Origin: Malacoraja senta | Lineage: Eukaryota | Direction of reading: 5' to 3' | DNA length: 64,000 nt | NCBI GenBank assembly: GCA_038087875.1 | Contig: CM075990.1 | Coordinates: 12,278,001 to 12,342,000 of the forward strand | In this document: in pieces, positions 36,488-48,257 of the stretch | How positions within the stretch are numbered: position 1 is the stretch's first letter | Layout: the number at the start of each line of letters is the position of its first letter | The notes under the pieces: model-generated | Told to the model about the DNA's origin: nothing | Database searches by the model: none | The model's input: only the letters and a program-made list of their open reading frames with translations | Position numbers and translations under genes: made by a program

Positions 36488-39444
36488 ATGAAGAGTGTGT
36501 AGGGAGGAACTGCAGATGCAGGTTTAAACCAAAGATAGACACAAAAAGCTGGAGTAGTTCAGTGGGTCAGTCAGCATCTCTGGAGAAAAGGAATAGGAAA
36601 CGTCACCTGTGTCACATTACGGGCGAGCCACATGGAGTATTGTGTGGCGAGAGTCAAGGGTCAGCAAGATCAAGTCTCAGTCGAGCTTGAATCAAAGCAC
36701 ATAGGATTAAGGTGAGAGGGGAGAGAGGGACAATGTTTTCACACAGAGGACAGTGGTATATGGAACAACCTGCCAGAGGAGGTGGTTGAGGCAGATACTT
36801 CTTCCTTCCTCATGTCCGGCCATCTTCCATATCACTTGAAGAAGGGTTTCGGCCCGAAACTTTGCCTATTTCCTTCGCTCCATAGATGCTGCTGCACCCG
36901 CTGAGTTTCTCCAGCATTTTTGTGTACCTTCCATATCACTTCTCTCCGGTCGGTCAGTGACGGTTGCAGAATTGGCTACTTCAGTCAGTCACTGTGATAC
37001 AGTTTCTGTCGTCAGCATTGCCCTGAATGCGCCACGTGGAGGCTTCTGCTTGCATCCCGAGGCAGATACTATAACAGGCATTTGAAAGTCATTTGGAACG
37101 TGTAAGGAGAGCAAAAAATTATAGTGATATGGCCCAGAAGCAGGCGAATGGGAACAGCTTAGATAGAGCATCTTTGTCGGCATGGACAATTTGGACCAAA
37201 GGGCCTGTTTCTGTGCTGTATGACTATATTAGCTAGCCAGCCCTCCATTGGGGTACCGTGCTATATTATCAGAGATGCCATCATTTGAGGGGTAAGAGCC
37301 AACTCCATGCAATAAACATCCTTGTGCTTCATCATGCTGCCTTTTGGGTCATCAATATCCACCTTGGATGCAGGTCTCTAATTAACGCCTCATTCAAAAC
37401 AAAATGGTATTAACGTCGCCATAAGAAGTCAGAAGTCATTCACACCATCCGTTCTTCCACCAGATTGTTTTTATCAGCGTCCCTGTTGTTCTGCCTGACA
37501 TATTACATCCATTGTAACAAGCATCCTCTGATGTAACAGTTAAAGATCAGCATAGCGTTTTAAACCGAGTGTAAAAGGAGTCTGGCAGCGTGTTTGAGGC
37601 AATAATTCAACTCTGCAGAATCTTGATGGTCGTAAACTGCTCGAGTTTTGTTTTTATGGCATCATGTGAGATGGTGGACAGCAATATTTCCCATTAAAGG
37701 CTGCCAACCATCTCATTTACTCTCGTTTATTTCATTGTTAAGTATGGTGTACATTGATGGTAATTCAGATTTCTCGTTGGACTAGCCTCGGGGATTAACT
37801 TTGTAAAAACAGTAAGTATCCAACAGAGATGAGGAATGGTTTTCATGGAATGCCAAGGGTTTATTTAATAGCACTTGGAGCAATTATGAAGGGTCATCAC
37901 AAACTCATAATTTTTCCTTTATGCGTTTGTTTGGTTCAATATTGGTTTGGTGGCAGTTAATATTTCTGGAGAGGAACTCATCCATTACTTCCTTGACAGG
38001 CTTGAGAATGTTCATTGTGTCGGTTTTGTTGTCGAATTTTCCCGTGCGTTTTAATTTGCATAATGCAAATATGTAAATCATATTTTAATGTCATTAATAT
38101 GGTCTGATCACAAGAAAGATTAATCAGCGGTTAATGATTGGCTGTCTGTCTTGAATTAATGGAAATGCAGTTTGTCTTTGAAATCACTGCAAACTTCCTT
38201 GTTGTTAATTAACCCAGAGTATTAATTTTTTTAAAACAGGAATCTCAGCCTATTAAGGAGAATGACTCTTCCCTTCAATGTTTCTGTCAAAATCCGCTCA
38301 TTTCCCTCCAACAACAAAAAAAATCACAGTCCATAAATTTCCAAAGCAGGACCTCGGGATGATTGATTACCGATGAATTGATCAACTAATTATTTCAATC
38401 CTTTAAGCACAATACCCATAATAATTAATCATAGTGAATATGACAAATATTTCTAAACTTCTCCGAGTGCAGGTAAATGGGATTAGTACTTGAGGTGTGT
38501 CACGGACCTGTTTCTGTGTTTTATTGCCTCCACCACCTTTTCGTTCATCTACATTCTGCTGCGTTAGCTTTGCAGATTTTCGGATGGGTTGGGACATCTT
38601 CGACCCTGGAAGTGATTATTTATCAGCTTGAGTTTTATTTCAGAACTTCAGGCTGACCAGCGACAGCGTACAGGTTATGAAGTGGCACTGAAGTCAAAGA
38701 GGTTATAAACCAAGCCGACTCAGACCAAAACACAAAGTGCTAGGAGTAACTCAGTGGGTCAGGCAACATCTCTGGGGATGATAGGCACAAAATGCTGGAG
38801 TCATTCGGTGGGACAGGCAACATCTCTGGAGAGAAGGAATGGGTGATGTTTTGAGTCGAGGACCTTTCTTCAGACAGACGGACGTTACATTCTAGAGGGT
38901 TAGCAGAGAAGTTAACCTGGACTTACAGAGAACTTCAGTGGGAAGGCATATATGGGGAGTGCTATATTCTCCATTTTATAAGATTGGGAAGAATTGAGGA
39001 AAGGTGCGTGGGGGTAAAAGAGATCTGAGGGTGACTCCAGCACTGAGATTCATCTGTTGGACAGGTACATGGTTTGCAGAGTGGAAACCTGCCTGTGAAA
39101 TAACTGGTCGGCTTGGATTGATGTGAAGAAGTTGTTCCTTTTTACATGCGAGATTCCAAACTAAAGTCCTCAATGTAAGATGGTTCGGGATGAATCCAGA
39201 AGACATTGCTTCACCCAGAATGTAGTTAGACGATGAAAGTTGTCACCCTCAAAAGTAGTTAACGCAAAAATCATGTGTTTATTTCAACTGCAGCTGGATA
39301 AATACATGAGGGGGAAAGAGCAGAAGGAAATGTTGACAGGTTAATGAAGGGAGGCTGGAGAAACACCTGGTGGGTGATCTATCACCTATCATCACTCCAG
39401 GACTTTGTGTCCTTCCATATGCTTCCCTCCTGGTCACTACTCAG

Positions 39445-40145
39445 AGATACAGCATGGAAACAGGCCCTTTGGCCCATCGAGTCCATACTAACCATCCGTC
39501 ACCTATTCGCACTAGTTCTATCTTAGCCCACTTTTAAATCCATTCCACGCACTATGGGTGGTGCAGTGATGCAGCGGTCGAGTTGCTGCCTTGCAGCGCC
39601 CAGAGTCAATCCTGACTACGGGTGTAGACAAAAGTGCTGGAGAAACTCAGCGGGTGCGGCAGCATCTATGGAGCGAAGGAAATAGGCAACGTTTCGGGCC
39701 GAAACCCTTCTTCAGACTACGGGTGCTGTCTGTGTGGAGTGTGTATGTTCTCCCCGTGACAGCATGGGTTTTCTCTGGGTGATCCGGTTTCCTCCCACAT
39801 TCCAAAGACGTACAGGTTTGCAGGTTATTTGGCTGCAGTTTAAAACAATTGTATATTGTCCCTTGTGTAGGATAGCGGTAGTAAAGGGGTGATTGCTGGT
39901 AGGGGGCAGATTCAGTGGGCTGAAGTGCCTGTTTTCACACTGTATCTCAAAAGTCTAAAGTAAAGTACACATTAGGGGCAATTATACCGAGGCCAGTTAA
40001 CCTACGACCCCACACAGCCTTGGGAATGGGAGGAAACCAGAGCACCCGGAGAATGCCCACACAGTTCTAGGGAGAATGTGCAAACTCCACTCAGACAGCT
40101 CCCAAGGTCAGGATTTAACCCAGATCTCTGGTACTGTAAGGCAGA
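39445..40145. mobile_element. Nested cluster: - SINE interrupted by + SINE (about 39556-39965), itself interrupted by a Penelope-terminus insert (39625-39714)
   Basis: GACTACGGGTG duplicated at 39614-39624 and 39715-39725. Confidence 0.8.
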
Positions 40146-40622
40146 CATTGGTTACATGTGCAGAATTCATTTTTATTTTCAAGGAGATTTTCTTTCAGCC
40201 TATATGATGGGTTCTGTTGGCATTTGGCAGAGTAAGTTTAAGAAATAGGAGCAGCAGGAGTCCTATCTGCCCATAATCCTACTGTTCCACCATTCATTTA
40301 TTGACTGATCATCTACTTTAGTTCCACCTTTCCCCCCCCCCCCCAAATCACAAATGATTTTGTGCCACCCATTATCAAGCTATCACTACTCTTGGATGAA
40401 TAACGTCAGCCACCGTGCATTTATTAACCTTTGAGAGAGTGAATTGCAAAGGTCAGCAAGCTTCTGAGGGGAAGATCAAGAGCGTCGTATTGTCATATGT
40501 TTGCCACGAAAAGGAACAATGAAATTCTTCCTTGCAGCAGAACCACATGAGGTTGAACTTAGTTCTCAGTAGATACCATAATAAACAGCAAAAAGTTCAA
40601 GAAATTTAAAATTAATTTAAAA

Positions 40623-40625
<3 letters not shown>

Positions 40626-40676
<51 letters not shown>
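40626..40676. repeat. (AT)n microsatellite
   Basis: Directly visible. Confidence 0.97.
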
Positions 40677-40680
<4 letters not shown>

Positions 40681-41054
40681 CTCCAAATATTGTTTTTGTC
40701 TTTGCACTATATATATGTCAGCAAAAAAGTTAAAGAAATTTAAAAATAAAAAATATGTATATATATATATGTTTTTAATTTATTTTTATCGAACTTTTTG
40801 CTGATATATATAGTGCAAAGACAAAAACAATGTTTGGAGATTAGTTGGAGATATAGCATTCAGTAGTCTGTTGGTTGTTGGGAAGAATATACAGTAGTTT
40901 TTTAGGCTCTTCCCAAAGACAAGAATGAAATGAGAGTTAGTGTGGCCAGGTTAGTGTGGGTCCCTGATGATGCAGGCTGCCTTGTTGAGGCAGCGCCTCC
41001 TGTAGATGTTTCTGCTCATGTCAGTCCTATAATGGACAACCCTTTGCCTCAGAG

Positions 41055-41727
41055 AGGACAGGCAGCATCTCTGGAGAGAAGGAATTGGTGACGTTTCGGG
41101 CCGAAACCCTTCTTCAGACTGATGTAGGGTGGGGTGGGGGGGGGGGGGGGCGGGAAGAAGAAAGGAAGAGGAGGAGCCAGAGGGCTGAGGGAGAGCTGAG
41201 AAGGGAGACCTCTCCTCCTCTTCTCCCCTTCTCAGCTCTCCCTCACCCTCTGGCTCCTCCTCTTCCTTTCTTCTTCCCGCACCCCCCACCCTACATCAGT
41301 CTGAAGAAAGGTTTCGGCCCGAAACGTTGCCTATTTCCTTCGCTCCATAGATGCTGCCGCACCCGCTGAGTTTCTCCAGCACTTTTGTCTACCTTCGATT
41401 TTCCAGCATCTGCAGTTCCTTCTTAAACATGATTACAATCAAACCTTGTTCTTGTTTCTATGGACAGAGGAAGCAGCCCTACAATAGTCACCCCATCAAA
41501 CCTTAAGAAAGGTAGACACAAAATGCTGGAGTAACTCAGCGGGACAGGCAGCATCTCTGTGGAAAAGGAATGGGTGACATTTCGGGTCGAGACCCTGAGT
41601 CTGAAGAAGGGTCTCGACCCGAAACGTCACCCATTCCTTTTCTCCAGAGATGCTGCCTGTCCCTCTAAGTTACTCCAGCATTTTGTGTCTATCTTCGATT
41701 TAAATCAGCATCTGCAGTTCCTTCCTA
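41055..41727. mobile_element. Two adjacent palindromic Penelope-terminus inserts (about 41055-41430 and 41505-41727)
   Basis: Each has inverted arms of the terminal-repeat family; the first includes the GA-rich 3' UTR seen in the Penelope copy at 42486. Confidence 0.88.
41601..41628 (+). ncRNA. Minimal hammerhead-ribozyme-like motif in a Penelope terminal repeat (representative copy)
   Basis: CTGAAGA-A-GGGTC-TC-GACCC-GAAA-CG-TC: CUGANGA core, stem II, GAAA, palindromic ACGT helix III, GUC triplet. Identical at 63014-63041. Helix I pairing is only about 2 bp. Confidence 0.6.
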
Positions 41728-42485
41728 TAAAAACCCTTAAAAATATAAATGTTTCAGTGGAGATAGAATCTGTAGAATTTGTTCATCACCCATTTTTCTA
41801 TGAATACATTGCCTGGGGCTTGAGTAAAGCATTAACACTTCATGCATTTGTATGAAATGACTTTCTCCTCTGTTTGAGCAGTGATGTTAACACATTTATT
41901 TTAAATGGCTAGCAAAACAATTCATTCCAAAGGCACCCAGATATTTTTTTTGCTTAGCTGCACAGGGTAATCTCAAAAGAGTCAGTGTGTGGAAGGAGGC
42001 TATTTGGCCCATCAAAGTCTATACCAGCTCCATGTTAGAATGGTTCATCTAGTCCCATTGGCTCTCCTCCCCAAAACTGGGCAATTTCACCCTGGTCATT
42101 GCCTCTTCACCCCTCTCCCATCAGGTAAAGATATAAAAGCTTGAAAGCACATACCTCCAGATTCCAGAGTTGCTTCTTCCCCTCAGTTACGGATCAACTG
42201 AACGGTCTTCCCATAAGCTTGGTCCCGATCTCCCAATCTACCTGATTATACACCTTATTGCTTTTCTAAATCTGCATGTTCTCCATGACTGTAATGTTAC
42301 AATACTGCAGCACTGTATTCTGCATTCTAGAATTTTCTCTTTGTAATTGTGTAAAGCTTGATATTATAATTTAACTGGGTAGAATGCAAACAAAGTTTAA
42401 TTGTAAATCGGTGCACGTAACAATAATAAACCAATACCAGTAACAACTGCTTTCTTTTCAATACTAAGACAGTTTCCTTCAAATT

Positions 42486-43449
42486 GCATCTATGGAGCGA
42501 AGGAAATAGGCAAAGTTTCGGGCCAAAACCCTTCTTCAGACTGATGTGGGGGGGGGGGGGCGGGAAGAAGAAAGGAAGAGGAGGAGCCAGAGGGCTGAGG
42601 GAGAGCTGAGAAGGGGAGGAGACAGCAAGGGCTACCGGAAATTGGAGAAGTCAATGTTCAGGCCACTGGGATGTAAACTGCCCAAGCGGAATATGAGGTG
42701 CTGCTCCTCCAATTTCCGGTGGTGCTCACTCTGGCCATGGAGGGAGGCCCAGGACAGAAAGGTCGGATTCGTAATGGGAGGGGGAGTTGAAGTGCTGAGC
42801 CACCGGGAGATCAGGTTGGTTAATGCGGACCGAGCGGAGGTGTTCGGCGAAATGATCGCCAAGCCTACGCTTGGTCTCACCGATGTAGATCAGCTGACAT
42901 CTAGAGCAGCGGATGCAATAGGTGAGGTTGGAGGAGGTGCTGGTGAACCTCTGCCGCACTTGGAACGACTGCTTGGGTCCTTGAATGGAGTCGAGGGGGG
43001 AAGTAAAGCGACAAGTGTTGCATCTCTTGTGGTTGCAAGGGAAAGTGCCCGGGGAGGGGGTGGTGCGGGTGGGAAGGGAAGAATTGACCAGGGAGTTACG
43101 GAGGGAGTGGTCTTTGCGGAAAGCAGACAGGGGGGGGTGGAGATGGGAAGATGTGGCGAGTGGTGGGGTCACGTTGGAGGTGGCGAAAATGACGGAGGAC
43201 TATTTGTTGTATGTGACGGCTAGTGGGTTGGAAGGTGAGGACTAGGGGGACTCTGCCCTTGTCCCGAGTAGGGGGATGGGGAGAGAGAGCAGTGTTGCGG
43301 GGTATTGAAGAGACCCTGGTGAGAGCCTCATCTATGGTAGGGGAGGGGAACCCCCGTTCCCTGAAGAATGAGGAAATTTTCTCCAGTTAGTTTCTCCAGC
43401 ATTTTTGTCTACCTTCGATTTTCCAGCATCTGCAGTTCCTTCTTGAACA
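42486..43449 (-). mobile_element. Penelope-like retroelement fragment (GIY-YIG, frameshifted) with an inverted terminal-repeat piece at its 5' side (43381-43449)
   Basis: CNHKRCNTC, CIRCSRCQLIYIGETKRRLGDHFAEH, KLEEQHLIFRLGSLHPSGLNIDFSNF; close relative of 617-1560. Confidence 0.9.
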
Positions 43450-44073
43450 TCTTGTAAATTGCTGCAGTTGAGTTTCGGGTCGAGACCCTTCTTCAGACTG
43501 ATCAGTCATCACATAGATATATTTATGTTACACTTAAGCATTAACATGAACCGAGACATGGGTTCTCTGCCACAGAAGGCAGTGGAGGCCAATTCACTGG
43601 ATGTTTTCAAGAGAGCGTCAGATATACTTCTTAGGGCCACCTTGCCAATGTTAGTACAGCTTGATTGGATGAGTTCCTTCACATTTGTTTCTGGATGGCA
43701 TTACATGGAGTGAGGAAAAACTTTTTCACCAAGAGAGTTGTGGAATTCTCTGCCACAGAGGGCAGTGGAGGGCAGTTCACTGGATGTTTTCAAGAGAGGG
43801 TTAGATTTAACTCTCGGGGTTAACGGAATCAAGGGATGTGGGGAGAAAGCAGGACGGGGTACTGATTTTGGATGATCAGACATGATCATATTGGCCTACT
43901 CCTGCACCTATTTTCTATGTTTCTATGAAAGGCGGTGCTGGCTCGAAGGGCTGAATGTCCTACTCCTGCACCTATTTCCTATGTTTCTAGTACAAGTACA
44001 TTACAATGAGCTTTAGCCATCTTTGCCTCTTTGTTTTGCGACTTGTTGCAGTAAAACATTCTTTGCTCGGTAG

Positions 44074-44309
44074 GTTTGCAATCGACAAGGATACTGGCAA
44101 GATAACGCTGATCCGGGTCTGGACTTTGAGACCACGCGGCGGTACACGTTAACGCTGATAGCGAGAGATGGCGGGGGAGAGGAGAGCACGGGCCGGCTGC
44201 GAATCAACGTGTTGGATGTCAACGACAACGTCCCCACCTTCCAGAAGGAGACCTACCTGGGAACGATTCGAGAGAACGAGGCGGCCCAGTGCAGGTGGTC
44301 CGTGTGCGG
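44074..44309 (+). CDS. CDH23: Cadherin-23 coding exon (EC5/EC6 junction; about human exon 16), carries two apparent -1 frameshifts
   Basis: AG at 44072-44073, GTGAGT at 44310. Reads (R)FAIDKDTGKITLIR / LDFETTRRYTLTLIARDGGGEESTGRLRINVLDVNDNVPTFQKETYLGTIRENEAA / VQVVRVR across three frames. Recalled human: RFSLDKDTGLIMLIARLDYELIQRFTLTIIARDGGGEETTGRVRINVLDVNDNVPTFQKDAYVGALRENEPSVTQLVRLR. LDxE, AxDGG and DxNDN cadherin motifs present. Confidence 0.93.
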
Positions 44310-45729
44310 GTGAGTATGCTGGTCGCGTCGGATTCAGTGGCGGTGGCCATACTGACTTCACACAGCCCCTTCACGCCCAACGCCGGCACGTGTCCAAGGA
44401 GCTCCTGATGGGATTCGGCCCCATCCCCTCCCATGCAATGGGACACGACCATAGCTGATGGCTTTGACGTTGGGCTTCCGTGTATGTGGTCATTTGCTGC
44501 GGCTCGGCCGTGTGATGCAAACATCCTCTTCCCATCTCTTCCAAGTTCCAAATACCAACCCCTCCCCCACCTCCCAAATCACTGCCAACAAGCGAGAACA
44601 AAACACCGCGTAGGAAGGAACTGCAGATGCTGGTTTACACCGAAGCTAGGCCCAAAATGCTGGAGTAACTCAGCGGGTCAGGCAGCATCTCTGGAGAAAA
44701 GCAATAGGTGACATTTTGGCTTGAGCCCCGTTCTCAGATTGTCACTGTGCTACTGTCATGCTTCTAACCTGACTCCTGAGGAAGGGACCTTTGAGTCTGA
44801 GAAAGGGACTCTACCCAAAATGGCATCTTTTCCTAGGTACACAAAAAATGCTGGAGATACTCAGCGGGTGCAGCAGCATCTATGGAGCGAAGGAAATAGG
44901 CAACGTTTTTCCTTCTGTCTTTAAGAAAAACACAGGGCCATAAACCAATTCCTATTGAGTGATATATCATGGAAATATGCCCTTCTGCCCTTCGAGCCTG
45001 ATCAATCTCTTCCTCCTAACCCCATTCTCCTTCCTTCTTCCCATAACCACTGAACACTGGCAAGGCTGAAAGAAAGGGGTTCCACGCTTGCCGTGGAGTG
45101 ACCAAGGATTGCCACAGTTTGAGCAAACTCTCGTTAGATCCCACTGCATCCATGGAATCCCTTCCCCAGCCTCAGTTCATGTACTGAACAAATGGGTTAA
45201 TGTATCTATCAGGAGATTAGATCTATCCATGAATTTAAACCGTTGTTCATTTCTGTATTATACCTCCCAGCTTCACGATAATGTCTCTAACATAAGATCC
45301 ATTGTTTGATAGAACCTTTCCATGTTAGAATATGACTTGATTCACTAAGATTTGTATTACCGACGCTTGGGAAAGAATAGTATCACTCTTTCCAATCTAC
45401 CCTCCGAATTGCTGTTTTTGTATGGGTGTCCACTGAATTTGTGAGGAGCTCTAGGGCTACAATGGAGATTACACGGGGTCTCTGCAGCAGCCAGTGTGTG
45501 TCAGTTGAACCAGGCTCTGGCCAAGAGCTGAGACAAATCATCTTCTCATCCAGGAGCACTGATTGAAGTGGAAGTCCTCGGCCATGAATAACCCTCTTTC
45601 TGGACAATGAGCCAAGCTATATCGCACTCGAGATATCCCATGCAAACCTTCTGCTTTGTAATCATTATTTTTGAACATCTTCCTGATTGATGTTGCATTG
45701 AAAAATGAATACAAATATTGGACCTTCTG

Positions 45730-46016
45730 AGTTTAGTTCAGAGATACAGCGTGGAAACATGCCCCTCATCCCACACCGTCCAGCAATCACCCATACATTA
45801 ATTCCAGACTATGCACTAGCAACAATTTACTGAAGCCAAATAGCCAACACGCCTGCACGCCTTTAAAATGTGCGAGGAAATCTGAGCACCAGGAGAAAAC
45901 CCACGTGGTCACAGGGAGAACGTACAAACTCCGAGCAGACAGCGCCCATGGTCAGGTTCGAACCCGGGTCTCTGCCGCTGTAAGGCAGCAACTCTACTGC
46001 TGCGCCACTGTGCCGC
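45730..46016 (-). mobile_element. V-SINE (HE1-like)
   Basis: Same family as 3768-4075. Confidence 0.85.
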
Positions 46017-48010
46017 TCACAAAAAGAGGGTGTGGTGTAACTTCTCAGGCAGCTGTTTCTCCTGAAGATTGGCACCCTGACATTGTAATGGATGGCCTTT
46101 TAATGCCTCTTGAAGAATAGTGCTCTCTTTCCAAAAGAAAACTTTTTTTTTTAAATGTACATAATGAGGAGAATAGAACTCCGTGTTACCCACTGTCTAC
46201 AGCGGTGGTCAAAAGGGGTCACGTTTCACATGTCTTTTTGGCAATTACTTTAATTTGTGTTTTAATGAATCAGTTAATGCCTCACTTAGGGAGCCAGGCA
46301 AAATGTGCATCTTCCTATTAATGTCAGCAATAATCATCTCTATGCCCATGTTGAGAGGCCAACTCTACAGTTTTAAACTTCACTGCTTTTATTCAAGCAT
46401 TTATTACAAAATAAATCATCATTTTAAAATGTTAAGTCATCCAAGATCTGGTAATGTTTTATGAAGAGGTGTTCTTTTAAATATCTATACCTACTTATTC
46501 TCCCATGTGTTATAATTAGACCCATTGTGCCTTGATACTGCCTAATTGTGTCATCCTTCTCCCTGAAGAAAAATGTTAATGATTATCAGATACATTTCAT
46601 TTGCACCAGGTGATTATATTCATCACCTTGCCAATGTTAGTACAGCTTGATTGGATGAGTTCCTTCGCTTTGTTTCTGGAGCAATGGCCACAGATGGCAT
46701 TACGTGGAGTGAGTAAAAACTATTTCACCCAGAGATCTGTGGAATTCTCTGCCGTGGAGGCCAGTTCACTGGATGTTTTCAAGAGAGAGTTAGATTTAGC
46801 TCTCGGGGTTAACGGAATCAAGGGATGTGGGGAGAAAGCAGGAACGGGGTACTGATTTTGGATGAACAGCCATGATCATCAGCCATGGTTTGTGGAATTC
46901 TCTGCCTCAGAGGGCAGTGGAGGCAGGTTCTCGGGATGCTTTCAAGAGAGAGCTAGATAGGGCTCTTAAAAATAGCGGAGTCAGGGGATATGGGGAGAAG
47001 GCAGGAACGGGGAACTGATTGGGGATGATCAGCCATGATCACATTGAATGGTGGTGCTGGCTCGAAGGGCCGAATGGCCTACTCCTGCACCTATTGTCTA
47101 ATGTCTATCATATTGAATGGCGGTGCTGCCTCGAAGGGCCGAATGGCCTACTCCTGCACTGGTTTTTGTATGTTTCTACGAGTGTATTTCCCTGTTTCTG
47201 CTAATCATAGAGGCTTGGTGCAATTGACTCCATTCAGAGATATTGCAGAGGGAATGGCAACTGATGTTTCAAAAGTCAACATCACATAGTCCGAGGGTCA
47301 CCAATGAAATCGATAGCGATCGTGAACTATTATCTACCTCATTGGTGACCCTCAGACTATCCTTGATCGGACTTTGCTGGCTTTACCTCGACACTAAATG
47401 TTATTCCCTTATCCTGTATCTATACACTGCAAATGGCTCGAATGTAATCATGTATTGTCTTTCCGCTGACTGGATATCACCCAACAAAAGCTTCTCACTG
47501 TACCTCAGTACACGTGACAATAAACTAAACTGCAACAGTAACTGGTTCTGTACAATGCACAAGGAGGAAGTCAGCGGGTCAGGCAACATCTTGGGAAGGA
47601 ATGGGCAGGTTATGTTTCAAGTCGGTACCCTTCTTGAAAATCGGTCTGAAGAAGGGTCTCGACCTGAACCCTCATCTGTCCATTCCCTCCACAGGTGCTG
47701 CTTGACCTGCTGAGTTCCTCCTGGAATTTGTGTTTGCTCAAGATTCCTCCGTCTGCAGTTCCTGGTGTCCTGGTCATAAAACGCCTGGATTGTCATAAAG
47801 ATCCATCGGGTTCTCTGATATCCCTCAGGGTAGTATATACAACATCCTTGCCCAGGCTGGCCTCCAATTTCATCAGTGATTGCCTCCAGAGACAGTCAGT
47901 GAAGGGCAATAAAGGCTGGTGTTTCCAGGAATGGCCACTTTTGTTCAGTGAACAAATAATGGGGGGGTTTTAATTCCACATTTCTGCTCCTGGAAAGGTT
48001 GTGGTTATTA

Positions 48011-48257
48011 GGGGTGGCACAGTGGCACAGCAGTAGAGACCTGGGTTCGATCCTGGCTACGGAGTTTATGTTCTCCGTGTGATCTTGTGATATTTTCTCT
48101 GGGTGCTCCGGTTTCCTGCCAAAGACGTGCAGATTTATAGGTTAGCTGGCTTCTGTAAATTGCCACTAGTGTGTAGGATAGTGTGCGGGTGATCGTTGGT
48201 CGGTGCGGACTTGGTGGGCCGAGGGGCCTGTTTCCACGTTGTCTCTCTAAACTAAAC
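48011..48257 (+). mobile_element. V-SINE (internally deleted)
   Basis: B box GGGTTCGATCC; tail (TAAAC)n. Confidence 0.8.

Noticed and set aside
44168..44458. ORF-track protein MAGERRARAG... overlapping the cadherin exon
   Set aside because: Mostly the wrong frame of the CDH23 exon, running on into intron.
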